Shown one piece after another: positions 1 through 11,258 of a stretch of 64,000 nt of DNA (position 1 is the first letter of the stretch; each line of letters begins with the position of its first letter). The DNA comes from an uncultured Verrucomicrobiae bacterium (GTDB lineage: Bacteria > Verrucomicrobiota > Verrucomicrobiia > Chthoniobacterales > JAFAMB01): contig CAWEXO010000005.1 in NCBI GenBank assembly GCA_963813025.1, positions 283,840 to 347,839 of the forward strand. Reading direction: 5' to 3'. The notes below the pieces were generated by a model. The model saw only the letters and a program-made list of their open reading frames with translations. It was not told the DNA's origin and searched no databases. The position numbers were made by a program, and so were the translations under genes.

Positions 1-2
1 TC

Positions 3-194
3 CAGCCGGGTCCGATCGACACGGATTTGAATCCCGCCGCGGGCGATTGGGCCGCGCCGCAGAAGGCCGACACAGCGCTCAACCGCTACGGAGCTGTTGA
101 CGAAGTCGCCGCGCTGGTGGCGTTCGTCGCTGGTCCGGAATCGTCCTACATCACCGGCGCGAATCTGACCGTCGACGGTGGGACGAACGCCTGA
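3..194 (+). CDS. SDR-family oxidoreductase, C-terminal part (runs off the window start)
   Basis: Manual translation [11 protein letters not shown]...[35 protein letters not shown] is a typical SDR C-terminus. Confidence 0.85.
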   Translation, partial: QPGPIDTDLNPAAGDWAAPQKADTALNRYGAVDEVAALVAFVAGPESSYITGANLTVDGGTNA

Positions 195-195
195 C

Positions 196-640
196 GGTGC
201 CCAAGGGGTATCAGGTCGCGCAGTGTTAGAGCAGTACGCAGCTTCACCGGAAACGATCATATATGGACTTTCCCGGCGATCGGTAAAAAGCGAGGGACAG
301 GTTCAACATATTTCCGTCGACCTATTGGATGCGGATGACGTCAAGATTAAGGTCGGTCACCTGAGGGCTAACACGCATTTGGTTTTTGGCGCCTACCTGG
401 ATGCAGAACGCCGCCAATTCCGGTGTCGGGCGGTGGGTAATCGCCTTCGCGAAAACGCGTGGCCTGAAGACCGTCAACATCGTCCGGCGCCCGGAGCTTG
501 TGGCCGAGCTTGAGGCGAACGGCGGAGACGTCGGCGGCGGCGACTCCCCGGATGTCTCGGAAAGGATCAAAGCGGCTGTCGGTCAGGCTGAGCTGCGTCT
601 GGCGCTTGATGGCGTCAGCGGCCCGGCGCATGCGCAACGC
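196..640 (+). pseudogene. Chimeric scraps: N-terminus of an NAD-dependent epimerase/SDR joined to an internal piece of a 2-enoyl-thioester-reductase-like MDR
   Basis: GAQGVSGRAVL...YGLSRR...HISVDLLD in one frame, then QNAANSGVGRWVI...LALDGVSGP in another; both incomplete. Confidence 0.6.
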
Positions 641-1031
641 GGCGGAAAGATCCTTCTGGACGTTGCCGGATCATCCACCTGACCTCGGAATAGGCATTTG
701 ATCGTTGGCCATAAGCCTCTCTGAGCAAGGCACAGACGAGTGCCAGCGGCGGCATGTGTTGTGACTTCAGTTACTAGCTCTCCCATCCGGCCAAAGCGTA
801 TGGAGCCGCGCCTTGGTGGGCGATATTGCTCGAGATTTACTCCTTTACTGCAAGCATCTTAAGTAAACAAATCCTCCTCCCAGCCGCTAGATGGGGTTAA
901 CAGAACGCTTACTTTCATAGCACCATCGGTCAGTTCGAATGAAAACTCCCCCACCGTGACACCCTGTTTCTCTTGTTTAACGATCTCCGGTCGGACCGAC
1001 TCGCCGGTATCTCCGGTTAAACCAGGCTCCG

Positions 1032-1281
1032 TTAAGTGAGATTGAGCCACTGCATGGCTGGACTGAGGTTGGCCTCCAGGGTTTCGAGCTGCAAATGATA
1101 ATGGTTGCCCATCAGGACATAGCCGTGGATCCGAATGGAGTATCGATTCGGGAACTGACCGAGAAGCTCCAGAAAGAAAACGATTGCTCGCCTCGTCCGG
1201 AAAGATCGTTCTTCTTTCCACTCCGCGATTGACGACATGGAGCGATCCGCCGGGGATATTGAGGTGTAGCGCGCGAGCCAT
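1032..1281 (-). pseudogene. REP-associated tyrosine transposase (RAYT, Y1 HUH), frameshifted and truncated
   Basis: MARALHLNIPGGSLHVVNRGVERRTIF plus IHGYVLMGNHYHLQLET...LSPAMQWLN in two frames; NHYHL HUH motif. Confidence 0.8.
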
Positions 1282-1539
1282 CGCAGCCAAACAAGTAGGA
1301 ACTTTGTGTTGGCCAAATCAAGGTTGAAAATTGAGATTTGATCCCTTGCTGCGCGAGGGTTTTCAACAAGCTGAGAGGATGTCTTAGTGACCGCGTCGAG
1401 ATCCTCCGAAGCAAGCTCAGTTGGATGCACCCCCGGTGACAGTGGTTTTATTGGCCAAGGCCGTGACGGTAGCTGATTCCCAGATCGTGTTTCAGGTAAA
1501 TGAAGGGTCAGGACTCTGCAATAGTTAGGCCGTGTAAGT

Positions 1540-1941
1540 TCAGCTTCGCGCGACCTCGTTTGCATCATGAAGCACGACCACGGCGAACTTCCAGCCGCTT
1601 TCCGTCTTGTGCAGCAGGTAGGTAACGCCTACGCGCTCCAACTCCTGGCCATCAGTTTTGAGCCGGATGGCCACGCCCATGGCCAATGCCGAGGTCGCAC
1701 TCAGAAGCTTGATCTGTTGCAGCTTCAATTCACTTTGGCCGTATTGCCGGCGCCGAAGGTTCTCCATTGCCGGGCTGAAGATTGGAACGATCGCGGCAGG
1801 CGTGGGTAGCGGGATCACGCCCAACGGACCCACGAGCAGAGCTGGTTCATGAAAGTAGGGCAGGATAGCGTGGATGTTGAGCGTACTGAAGGCTGCGTAG
1901 TAGTCGGAAAGAAACTTAGTTACGGCTTCTTCGTTTGTCAT
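1540..1941 (-). CDS. NTF2/SnoaL-like fold protein
   Basis: FLSDYYAAFS...YFHEP...VTYLLHKTESGWKFAVV pattern. Confidence 0.65.
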   Translation of the reverse strand: MTNEEAVTKFLSDYYAAFSTLNIHAILPYFHEPALLVGPLGVIPLPTPAAIVPIFSPAMENLRRRQYGQSELKLQQIKLLSATSALAMGVAIRLKTDGQELERVGVTYLLHKTESGWKFAVVVLHDANEVARS

Positions 1942-2084
1942 GGCTTTCGCATCTGGGAGGAAGAAAGAGGGACGGGTCAAATATTCTTTTCGTCCCAGCA
2001 AAAACCAGCAAGCGTAGCTTCCCTGTCCACTCTTCGCTTTGACCGGCTCTTCCCCCTTGGCTTAAATTGCCCCATGAAAGGGCG

Positions 2085-2270
2085 ATGCCACGCAAGGTCA
2101 GAGAACTCATCCGCGATCTAAAGAAGGCAGGATACCGTCTCGACCGGCAAAGAGGCTCACACCGAATTTTTAAACATCCGAATATCTCCCAGCACATTGT
2201 GATCTCCGGCCATGAATCCGATGACGCGACTACTACCAAGAAAAGAACGTCAAAAAGGCAATTGAGCGTG
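2085..2270 (+). CDS. hicA: HicA-family toxin (apparent frameshift near the 3' end reads into hicB)
   Basis: MPRKVRELIRDLKKAGYRLDRQRGSHRIFKHP; GSH motif. Confidence 0.8.
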
Positions 2271-2495
2271 CCAGCAAAACCAAGTGACCGTTATCGAATG
2301 TACGTCGAATGGTCGGAAGAAGACCAGCTTTTCATCGGCTACTGTCCTGACTTGCTCATCGGTGGTGTCTGCCACGATGGAAATCGGATCGCAGCTTACG
2401 CAAAGCTGGTTGACTTGGTGGAATGGGATATTCAAAACCGGTTGGAAAAAGGTGAAACCTTGCCAGAACCGGCTGCTTCTCCCGTCCCCTCTTGA
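2268..2495 (+). CDS. hicB: Short HicB-family antitoxin
   Basis: YRMYVEWSEEDQLFIGYCPDL..GGVCHD...GETLPEP directly after hicA. Confidence 0.75.
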   Translation: MPAKPSDRYRMYVEWSEEDQLFIGYCPDLLIGGVCHDGNRIAAYAKLVDLVEWDIQNRLEKGETLPEPAASPVPS

Positions 2496-2897
2496 AGAGT
2501 ATTTCTCGCCGGAGGTGCGTCCCACGGAAAACGAAGTACGCGTGAGAGACGTCGAGTTTTTGTATCCGGCTACAAATTCCGGCGCGCAGAAAAATATAGA
2601 TGTCGCGGGCAATCGCCGAGGCCCGCGCTTTGTTCTAGGTCCCTTGGTTGAAGAACTCGGACCCTCTCCCCCATTCTGCATCGGAGCCGAAAAATCACCT
2701 GCTTTCACGATTCTCCCGCCAACCCTGCGGCTCCGCCGAAAGGCCTTCTCACCGAGTATCGTAGATCTATCGAGCCTGTGGCGATATGAAGCTTTTCAAC
2801 CAAGAAGTGCTTCGAGTCATGCTCCTGGACAAGACAACGCATGATCTGTGGCAAACTCCCCAGGATCTTGTCGGCGAGATAAAGCCGATCTTGTTAC

Positions 2898-3737
2898 CTA
2901 CAGCTTTGTCTGGTCGACGCCGCTGAAGCGCAGAGCTCGCGCGTCTCGGGCGACGATATCTTCCATCTCCTGCTCAAGCAGTTCGCGGTCGTCGACGGCG
3001 CGCAGCAACCGTCCAGCAAGCGGGTCGAAGCGTCCAGCGGCAATATCGGCGATCAGCGCGGCGGCACGCGAGGGCGGAACGTTCACTCCGTCGTCAAATA
3101 GCTCCTGAATGTTAGGGAGATAGGTCTTACCGGCGTCGGAGAAGAGCTGCAGCTCGGTCATCGACGTCCGCACCAGTCCCGGATCGACGGCGAAGGCCAG
3201 CACACCGCGGTCTTTCGTAGTGTCGTTGAGGCATTCGGTGAAGCGCATGATCGCCGCCTTGCTGGACGCATAGCCCGATCCATGCGGGAAGCTGTTGCCG
3301 GTCCCGCCGCCGACCAGGTTGACAATGCGGCCCTTGCTACGGGCGAGCATTGCCGGCGCGGCCACGCGACAGGTGTGGAAGGTCCCACGCAGATTGATCT
3401 CGAAATCCTGCCACCAGACATCAGGATCGCATTCCCATATCGGACCGAAGGCCCGGAAGGAGCCATGATTGTTGACGACCAAGTCAATCGCGCCGAGCTC
3501 GGCCGCGACGCGGCCGAGCGCATCCTCGACAGCGAGGCGGTCGACAAGATCCACAGCGATGGCGATTGCTGCCCCGCCTGCACCGGTGATGAGGGACGCC
3601 GTCTCATCTATCTCGCGCGCCGTTCGCGCCAGGACGGCGACCTTGGCGCCACCGTTCGCCTGATGAAGGGCGATCTCGCGCCCGATTCCGCGCCCTGCGC
3701 CGGTGACCACTGCGACGGGGCCGTTCAGGTCGGCCAT
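2898..3737 (-). CDS. SDR-family oxidoreductase
   Basis: TGAGRGIG glycine motif and YASSK catalytic motif. Confidence 0.9.
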   Translation of the reverse strand: MADLNGPVAVVTGAGRGIGREIALHQANGGAKVAVLARTAREIDETASLITGAGGAAIAIAVDLVDRLAVEDALGRVAAELGAIDLVVNNHGSFRAFGPIWECDPDVWWQDFEINLRGTFHTCRVAAPAMLARSKGRIVNLVGGGTGNSFPHGSGYASSKAAIMRFTECLNDTTKDRGVLAFAVDPGLVRTSMTELQLFSDAGKTYLPNIQELFDDGVNVPPSRAAALIADIAAGRFDPLAGRLLRAVDDRELLEQEMEDIVARDARALRFSGVDQTKL

Positions 3738-3769
3738 GAAAATCTCCTCCTGAATCGTGGCGGCGAGAC

Positions 3770-3991
3770 GTTCGCTCCCTTGAGAATCAGACCGACGTCA
3801 TGCACCCCGATTCGGGTTCCTTCGACGATCGTTTTTCCCTGACAGATCAGGTCGGCGTAATAGACCGTCTGGGGCCGGAAAAGAGCGGCTTCATGCAGGC
3901 CGGGATCGCGTAGGCCGGGGGATCCGCCGTAGCGCTCTATTTTGTCATCATGGATGGCAAGCACTTCGGCGAGAGTGAGATAGTCGGTCAC
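3770..3991 (-). pseudogene. Truncated Doc/Fic toxin fused to a DUF433-like fragment
   Basis: YLTLAEVLAIHD..IERYGGSPGLRDPGL.EAALFRPQ (Doc N-terminus, no HPF.DGN motif) then CQGKTIVEGTRIGV. Confidence 0.7.
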
Positions 3992-4209
3992 TCAGCGAGC
4001 CTCTTGTAGAGGCTGCCGAATTTTTCATGGCTGGCCTGGTACGCCGCCATGACTTGAGCGCGGGGCCGGGCCTTGCGCCGCTTTTCAATCAGGTCGGAAA
4101 GCGCCTCGTCGACCAAGGCCTGTATTTGCCGGCCTTCCTCCTGCGCGATCGCTCGAACGGTCGTCAGAATATCCGTATCGACCTGGGTCGCGAATTTCTT
4201 ACGGGACAT
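3988..4209 (-). CDS. Putative antitoxin upstream of doc
   Basis: 73 aa, RHH-like KFATQVDTDIL...; ATGA overlap with doc. Confidence 0.65.
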   Translation of the reverse strand: MSRKKFATQVDTDILTTVRAIAQEEGRQIQALVDEALSDLIEKRRKARPRAQVMAAYQASHEKFGSLYKRLAE

Positions 4210-4410
4210 AATACAATAGTCTCTTGCTAGTTTATCATGACAAATCATGAAACGCCAAGAAACCAGTGAGAGAGAACGCAACAAAGCAATTCGCCCTGGG
4301 GCCGCTGGTCCGGATTTTAGCTCATCTCTATTTGTACCGCCTGGAGCGGTCTTGCTTGCACGGCCGCTCTAATTCCATTTCCGTATCCGCATTCGATAGG
4401 AAAAAGATCT

Positions 4411-4800
4411 ATGGCGCGAGTATTTGTTACTGGATCTTCGGACGGGCTTGGTCAAACGGCTGCTCAACTGTTGTTGGTTCTTGGACATCAGGTTGTTCTG
4501 CATGCTCGGAACGAACAAAGGGCAAAAGATGCTCTGGCGGCCGTGCCCGGCGCGGTGCAGATCGGCCATCGTTGCCAGGTGGTTCACCAGGTGAACCGGC
4601 AAGCCGCGGTCGAGCAGCCCTTCACGCCACGGCTCGACCGGAATGTCCTGAAAGGTGATCGTGCGGCCAAGCGCCTTCGAATAATCCTGTGCATAGAAGT
4701 GCATGTTCTCGGACTGCGGACCGGTAAGGTGATCGCCACCGCCGCCGCATTGACCGTCGCGGCCAGATAGGCATCCGAAACCGACATGCCGAAGTACATC
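4411..4800. pseudogene. Head-to-head scraps: SDR N-terminus (+) and NmrA-like fragments (-)
   Basis: MARVFVTGSSDGLG..HARN on +; YAQDYSKALGRTITFQDIP and FGMSVSDAYL on -; all incomplete. Confidence 0.6.
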
Positions 4801-4914
4801 GTCTCGCAGCCGACATAGCGTGATTCCCGCTGCTGGATTGGCTCCCCAATGTAACTCTTGAGCTAAGGCGAGTCGACATCTACGGTTCGCTCAAGTTTCG
4901 CTCCAGAACCATCA

Positions 4915-5856
4915 ATGGACCAAGACCTTTCTGCAAAGCTGGAACAGCGCCTCGGACGCGTGCATGCAAGGCAGCGGCTTGGGATCGAGAAGGACTATGA
5001 GCAACGCGTATTTGGGCACGGCATCAACTTCTTTCACATAGAGAACTGGTACTCGATCCACTCGGTTATGCGCAACTCACTGAAGCTGGCCGGCTTGTAT
5101 TGGCGTGGGTGCAAAAATGCAGAGCGGGTACAGATACGCCACAACCTCATCCAGCGGGCGGAGATTCCCAGCCTCTTTGATGGATTCACCATCCTCCACA
5201 TCAGCGACATGCATGCGGACATCAGTCAAGGCGCGATGCGCCGCTTGATCGAGCTTCTGGACGGCATTTCCTACGATCTCTGTGTTTTGACTGGGGATTA
5301 CCGTGGCAAGACTTTCGGTCCATTCGATGCAGCTCTCGAAGGAGTGGGACAAGTTCGATCGCGCCTCAAAAGCTCTGTTTTTGGAGTGCTGGGGAATCAT
5401 GATACGATCCGCATGGTTCCGGGACTAGAGGAGATAGGGATCCGGATGCTGCTCAACGAGTGTGGGACCATCGTGCGCGGGAACCAACGCATCTATCTAG
5501 CCGGCATAGATGATGCCCACTACTACCGTGTGGACAACATTGAAAAGGCCGCTTCGACGATCCCGCACGATGAGTTTTCGATCCTGCTGTCGCACACCCC
5601 GGAGATCTATCGCCAAGCTGCTCATGCCGATTTCAGTCTGCTGCTGGGTGGCCACACTCATGGCGGACAGGTCTGTCTTCCCGGGTCCATTCCTATTACC
5701 CTCGATTCGGTCCTGCCGCGATACATGGCATCTGGATCGTGGAAATATCACAACATGCTCGGCTACACGTCGTCTGGCGTCGGTTCGTGTGTTGTTCCCG
5801 TACGTCTCAACTGCCCTCCGGAAATCACACTGCATCACCTCCAAACTCAGGGATAG
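4915..5856 (+). CDS. Calcineurin-like metallophosphoesterase
   Basis: HISDMH, TGDY, GNHD, LSHTP and GHTHGGQ motifs. Confidence 0.92.
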   Translation: MDQDLSAKLEQRLGRVHARQRLGIEKDYEQRVFGHGINFFHIENWYSIHSVMRNSLKLAGLYWRGCKNAERVQIRHNLIQRAEIPSLFDGFTILHISDMHADISQGAMRRLIELLDGISYDLCVLTGDYRGKTFGPFDAALEGVGQVRSRLKSSVFGVLGNHDTIRMVPGLEEIGIRMLLNECGTIVRGNQRIYLAGIDDAHYYRVDNIEKAASTIPHDEFSILLSHTPEIYRQAAHADFSLLLGGHTHGGQVCLPGSIPITLDSVLPRYMASGSWKYHNMLGYTSSGVGSCVVPVRLNCPPEITLHHLQTQG

Positions 5857-5910
5857 CGAGCTCTGAAATCTTCGTGTGCCTCAGCGGCTTTCCGCCTACG
5901 AGCTTCCGGC

Positions 5911-6387
5911 CTAATACGGACGCTCGCGTACGCGAAATTTATAAAGGAGCCTGGAAATCAGCATTTCGCCGAAAAAAAAGGCAAGCACGACGACCGCGAT
6001 GTTCCATACCTTCAACGAAAGCGCACTGCGGCAGGCAAGAAGTGGAAACAGGGATTCAGGTACTTGATCCAGCCCGACTGCCCGGCTGCTTACAGGCAGC
6101 CCCAGGCGCCGCTTTAAAAAGCTGGAGAAGAGATCGCCTGACATGGCCGCGCTGCCGACCAATGCTCCGATTTTGCATCCAAGACCGCCCAGACCGGCAG
6201 CGACCGCGGTTGCGAGAACTGCGAGAAACACCCCGCGGATGGTTTTTGATGCGCCAAACAGAGGCTGCCCATCGGCGCATTTCATGCCGCAGTCGAGAGG
6301 ATATGAGAATCGATTGCCCAAGAGTTTATTCGCGAGCAAGGGTGTACCGTTCGCCAGTATCACCAGAAATACCAAGTGTCTGATCAA
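5911..6387 (-). CDS. CDP-archaeol synthase (CarS/DUF46)-like membrane protein
   Basis: ANGTP, PLD.G...DG..LFG.SKT.RG, GDLFSSFLKRRLG and GLDQ motifs. Confidence 0.8.
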   Translation of the reverse strand: MIRHLVFLVILANGTPLLANKLLGNRFSYPLDCGMKCADGQPLFGASKTIRGVFLAVLATAVAAGLGGLGCKIGALVGSAAMSGDLFSSFLKRRLGLPVSSRAVGLDQVPESLFPLLACRSALSLKVWNIAVVVLAFFFGEMLISRLLYKFRVRERPY

Positions 6388-6890
6388 CCGGAGCCCCCCA
6401 TCATGCTATCTTAGCTTAGCGTAGAGCGTCATCGCCAACGAAGACCAGATCCAACGAGAAGAAAAGAAGGTACTGATCAGAAACGACCTTTCCAACTTTC
6501 CGGGGATGAACTTACCTGGACCGTTTCTACTCCGTCCGTCGGTTCTGGAACCTCTGAGAAGGAAATTGATCGTTCTCTCCTCCTTTTGGAGCGGGCAGTC
6601 AGCGCCGCTTGGATGGCGTTGGGTAATGCGTCTTCAATGAGAGGCTTCCGCAGAAAAGCCACTGCATCTTCGTGCGACCCATTCACGTAAATTCTATCCG
6701 GAGCTAATTCGCGTCATAGAGACCGACCGATAATTTGCCGCGCCGCTGCTCACCCCGATCGGTATGCCCGGAGAAGCCGCTCGGATTGCGTTGAGCGCGG
6801 CAGCTATATCGCCGGACGCGAGACTCTCCTGACCGTTCGAGTTGCGTGGATGAACGTGGATTGCTTCAATTCAACAACAGGAGTCTCTAA

Positions 6891-7887
<997 letters not shown>

Positions 7888-8051
7888 TCTTCCACAAACA
7901 ACAGAACCTCGTCCGGTCCAAGGACGTAGTCCTTGAGCAGACGCGGCTCGAGCGACCAGTGCCAGAGCCAACACACCGAGCGCGCTCACGCAGCCGATAG
8001 ACAACGTTCGGATACCCTTCATTTTTCCCTTTTCTGGCGTAGCTTCTCGGC

Positions 8052-8585
8052 GTGCCCATCACCATTGAGCTGCCGGCAATCGAGGACCAGACCGAGAGAA
8101 ACATCGCTCGCTGGACTGAGATCTTGACTGATCGCGAACTCGCCAAACTCCCAAATCGGATAGAGACCGATCGGCACGGCCATATCCTCATGAGCCCTCC
8201 TCCCGCTTTCCGCCATGGACGCCGCCAATCTGCTGTTTCCACTCTGCTGTCCAATTTGCTCCCGTCCGGGCTGGTCCTGACAGATTGCCCGGTGTCCACC
8301 GCGGACGGTGTCAAGGCGACCGATGTTGCTTGGCTCGCTCCGGGCCGGTCCGAAATTGCGGAGGATCCTATTGTCCTAACTCGTGCGGCCGAGATCTGTG
8401 TCGAGATTTTTTCTCCGTCTAATTCCGAGAGAGAGATCAGCGAAAAACGCACGCTCTATTTCGATGCCGGCGCGACCGAAGTCTGGATCTGCGCCCTCGA
8501 TGGGTCGATGTCGTTTTTTGTCGGTCCTCACCAGCAATTACCCGCTTCTTCTATTTGTCCCGCCTTTCCTAATCACATTTCTTGA
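8052..8585 (+). CDS. Uma2-family (PD-(D/E)xK) putative endonuclease
   Basis: MSPPP..RHG, DVAW, EICVEIFSPSN, YFDAGATEVW. Confidence 0.85.
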   Translation: MPITIELPAIEDQTERNIARWTEILTDRELAKLPNRIETDRHGHILMSPPPAFRHGRRQSAVSTLLSNLLPSGLVLTDCPVSTADGVKATDVAWLAPGRSEIAEDPIVLTRAAEICVEIFSPSNSEREISEKRTLYFDAGATEVWICALDGSMSFFVGPHQQLPASSICPAFPNHIS

Positions 8586-8751
8586 GCGCCGCCCTATTGT
8601 GACCGAACCCATAGGGGGATCGATTAGGCCGTTCCCCACGGCTTGCGCGGGCTGATCGGCACACCCTGCTGAGACAGGGATTCCAGTTTTACGCTTTGTC
8701 CGAACACACTTGCCGCCGCGATCAGACACAGTAGAAAAGTGACGAAGCGCT

Positions 8752-10686
8752 ATGCACCTACTGGACTACATCCTGGGACGGCCTTTAGCCACGCAGGAGG
8801 ACAAACAGGAGCGCGTTGGTCCTCTGGCCGGTGTTTCCGTTTTTGGACTCGATGCTTTGAGCTCCGCCGCTTATGGACCCGAGGCGGCCTTAACCGTTCT
8901 TATCGGGCTAGGCACGGCCGGGCTGGTTTACAACGTACCAATCACCTTGGCGGTCTGCACAATCCTGATCGTTGTTTATTTTAGTTATCGCCAGACGATT
9001 GCGGCCTATCCCAGTGGCGCGGGCTCCTACACGGTGGCCAAGGAAAATCTCGGAACGAAAAGCGGCGTATTCGCCGCGGCGGCGCTGATGATCGATTATA
9101 CCCTCAATGTCGCGGTCGGCATTTCGGCCGGTATTGGCGCCCTCACCTCCGCAGTGCCCGTCCTTCATTCATACGCTTTATTTTTGTGTTTGATTATTCT
9201 CGCCACACTAACATTTATCAATTTGCGCGGGTTGCGCGAATCCGGCTTTGCTTTTATGCCGCCGACATACCTTTTCGTTGGCTGCCTCGGTATCGTGATC
9301 CTTGCCGGGCTTTTTCAACTGATCGCTGCCGGCGGGCATCCGCGGCCGGCGACTGCGCCACCGGCACCAATGAACGGTCACCATCCGGCTGATCTCTGGC
9401 TTCTGCTGAAAGCTTTCGCGGCCGGTTGCACCGCCATGACTGGGGTTGAGGCGGTGAGCAACGGTGTTCAGGCATTCCAGGAACCGGTTGTCAATTCTGC
9501 CCGTCGCACGCTCACCTTAATTGTCGCCATTCTCATTGTGCTTCTCTTAGGCATCGCCTTACTCGTCCCTGCCTACCAGATTACTGCGACTGATCCGGGA
9601 TCGCCGAACTATCAGAGCATTTTGTCCATGCTGATCGCCGCAGTGTTTGGGCGCGGACCGTTTTATTACGTCGCGATTGCTGCCATCCTCCTGGTCCTCT
9701 GCCTTTCGGCCAATACTTCCTTTGCCGGATTCCCGCGCGTCTGTCGCACCGTCGCTCAAGACGGTTTCCTCCCTCACTCGTTTACCATCCGGGGACGACG
9801 TCTGGTTTACACCGAAGGCATTGTGGTATTAACCACGCTCTCCGCGAGCCTCCTGATCCTTTTCAACGGCGTCACCGACAAGCTGATCCCGTTATTCGCG
9901 ATTGGCGCATTTCTGGCGTTCACCCTATCCCAAGCCGGGATGGTCGCGCATTGGCTGCGCTCGAACAAGCCAAACAGCCGGCGCAATGCGGTAGTCAACG
10001 GGATCGGCGCGGTCGCGACTGCCATCACGTTTCTGATCGTCCTGGTCACCAAATTTGCCGAAGGAGCCTGGCTGGTCGTGATCATTCTACCCGCCTTGTG
10101 CGGGTTCATGTTCTGGATCAAGCACCATTATACGAAGGTTGCGCGGGTGCTGGCCCTGACGGGACCAGTCAAGCTGGCTAAGGCGCTCAAGATCGTCGCC
10201 GTTGTTCCCATCGAAGACGTCAATTTCATTACCGAAGAGGCTCTGCAAACGGCTTTCAGACTTACCCCGGACGTTAAAGTAGTCCATATCCAAGAGGAGA
10301 ATTCTGATCAGGATTTCGACCGCACCTGGCGGGAGCGGTTAAAACCGGAAATCCAGGCAGCCGGTTTGCCGATGCCGGAGGTTATCGTTTTCAAGTCGCC
10401 CTACCGTAAAGTCATCTCGCCGGTTCTCAGCTATATTTGGCAACTCGAACGTGATCATCCCGACACAGCGATCGCCGTCCTGATTCCGCAGCTGATCGAA
10501 TCCCACTGGTACTACACCTTTCTCCATAACCAGCGGGCTACCGTCCTGCGAACTTTGCTCTTACTGAAAGGCGATAACCGCATTATTATCGTGGACGTAC
10601 CGTGGCACCTGAAAAAACAGGAGAAGACGAAAGGCCCTCATCGAAAAGAGCCGCGGGATCGGTATCCGGCGGGTTTGGACCGATAA
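8752..10686 (+). CDS. APC-family permease (YdaO/KimA-like)
   Basis: DALSSAAYGPE, YPSGAGSY, TGVEAVSNG; many TM segments plus a cytoplasmic C-domain. Confidence 0.88.
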   Translation: MHLLDYILGRPLATQEDKQERVGPLAGVSVFGLDALSSAAYGPEAALTVLIGLGTAGLVYNVPITLAVCTILIVVYFSYRQTIAAYPSGAGSYTVAKENLGTKSGVFAAAALMIDYTLNVAVGISAGIGALTSAVPVLHSYALFLCLIILATLTFINLRGLRESGFAFMPPTYLFVGCLGIVILAGLFQLIAAGGHPRPATAPPAPMNGHHPADLWLLLKAFAAGCTAMTGVEAVSNGVQAFQEPVVNSARRTLTLIVAILIVLLLGIALLVPAYQITATDPGSPNYQSILSMLIAAVFGRGPFYYVAIAAILLVLCLSANTSFAGFPRVCRTVAQDGFLPHSFTIRGRRLVYTEGIVVLTTLSASLLILFNGVTDKLIPLFAIGAFLAFTLSQAGMVAHWLRSNKPNSRRNAVVNGIGAVATAITFLIVLVTKFAEGAWLVVIILPALCGFMFWIKHHYTKVARVLALTGPVKLAKALKIVAVVPIEDVNFITEEALQTAFRLTPDVKVVHIQEENSDQDFDRTWRERLKPEIQAAGLPMPEVIVFKSPYRKVISPVLSYIWQLERDHPDTAIAVLIPQLIESHWYYTFLHNQRATVLRTLLLLKGDNRIIIVDVPWHLKKQEKTKGPHRKEPRDRYPAGLDR

Positions 10687-10750
10687 CAAGGGAGTGCCGC
10701 ACTCTCAACCGACCGAACGCAGACGCTGCAATTTCCAAAAAAACACTACC

Positions 10751-11227
10751 ATGCGTAAAACTGTAACGAACTCAGAACCATCTTCGAGCATCTCGGAACC
10801 GGCTAAGGCATGGCTCGATATCGAACAGATTGCCCGGGCGGAAGTCACTTCCGAAGATCCTCAATATCCGGTTGAATTTGCCTTTAATCGCGAGCCAGGT
10901 CTTGGCTGGCGAGCCGCCCGACCAGGTCCGCAGACAATTCGTCTCATATTCGACGAACCCCAAAGGCTACGCCGAATATCGCTCCGTTTCTCAGAGAGTA
11001 ACACCGAACGCAGGCAAGAGTTCACGCTGCGCTGGTTCGAGGAGCAAAACGGTTCACCGCGGGAAATCACTCGGCAACAGTGGAATTTCAGCCCAAGTGG
11101 CTCATCAAGCGAAATTGAAGATTATAGGGTCAATCTCGAGGCAGTGCGGATTCTGGAATTGATTATCGATCCCGATTCAGGGAAGGGCCAGGCGGTGGCC
11201 GCGTTGGCGGAGTGGCGGCTCGAATGA
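10751..11227 (+). CDS. Discoidin/galactose-binding-like domain protein
   Basis: EVTSED..YPVE.A...GWRAA.PGPQTIRL.FD pattern. Confidence 0.6.
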   Translation: MRKTVTNSEPSSSISEPAKAWLDIEQIARAEVTSEDPQYPVEFAFNREPGLGWRAARPGPQTIRLIFDEPQRLRRISLRFSESNTERRQEFTLRWFEEQNGSPREITRQQWNFSPSGSSSEIEDYRVNLEAVRILELIIDPDSGKGQAVAALAEWRLE

Positions 11228-11258
11228 AGAGCCCGCCTCGCGGAAGTTCTACCGCAGG

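Noticed and set aside
2067..2495. Natural HicA-HicB fusion protein
   Set aside because: hicB has its own GTG at 2268, and the HicA C-terminus looks frameshifted; likely an indel.
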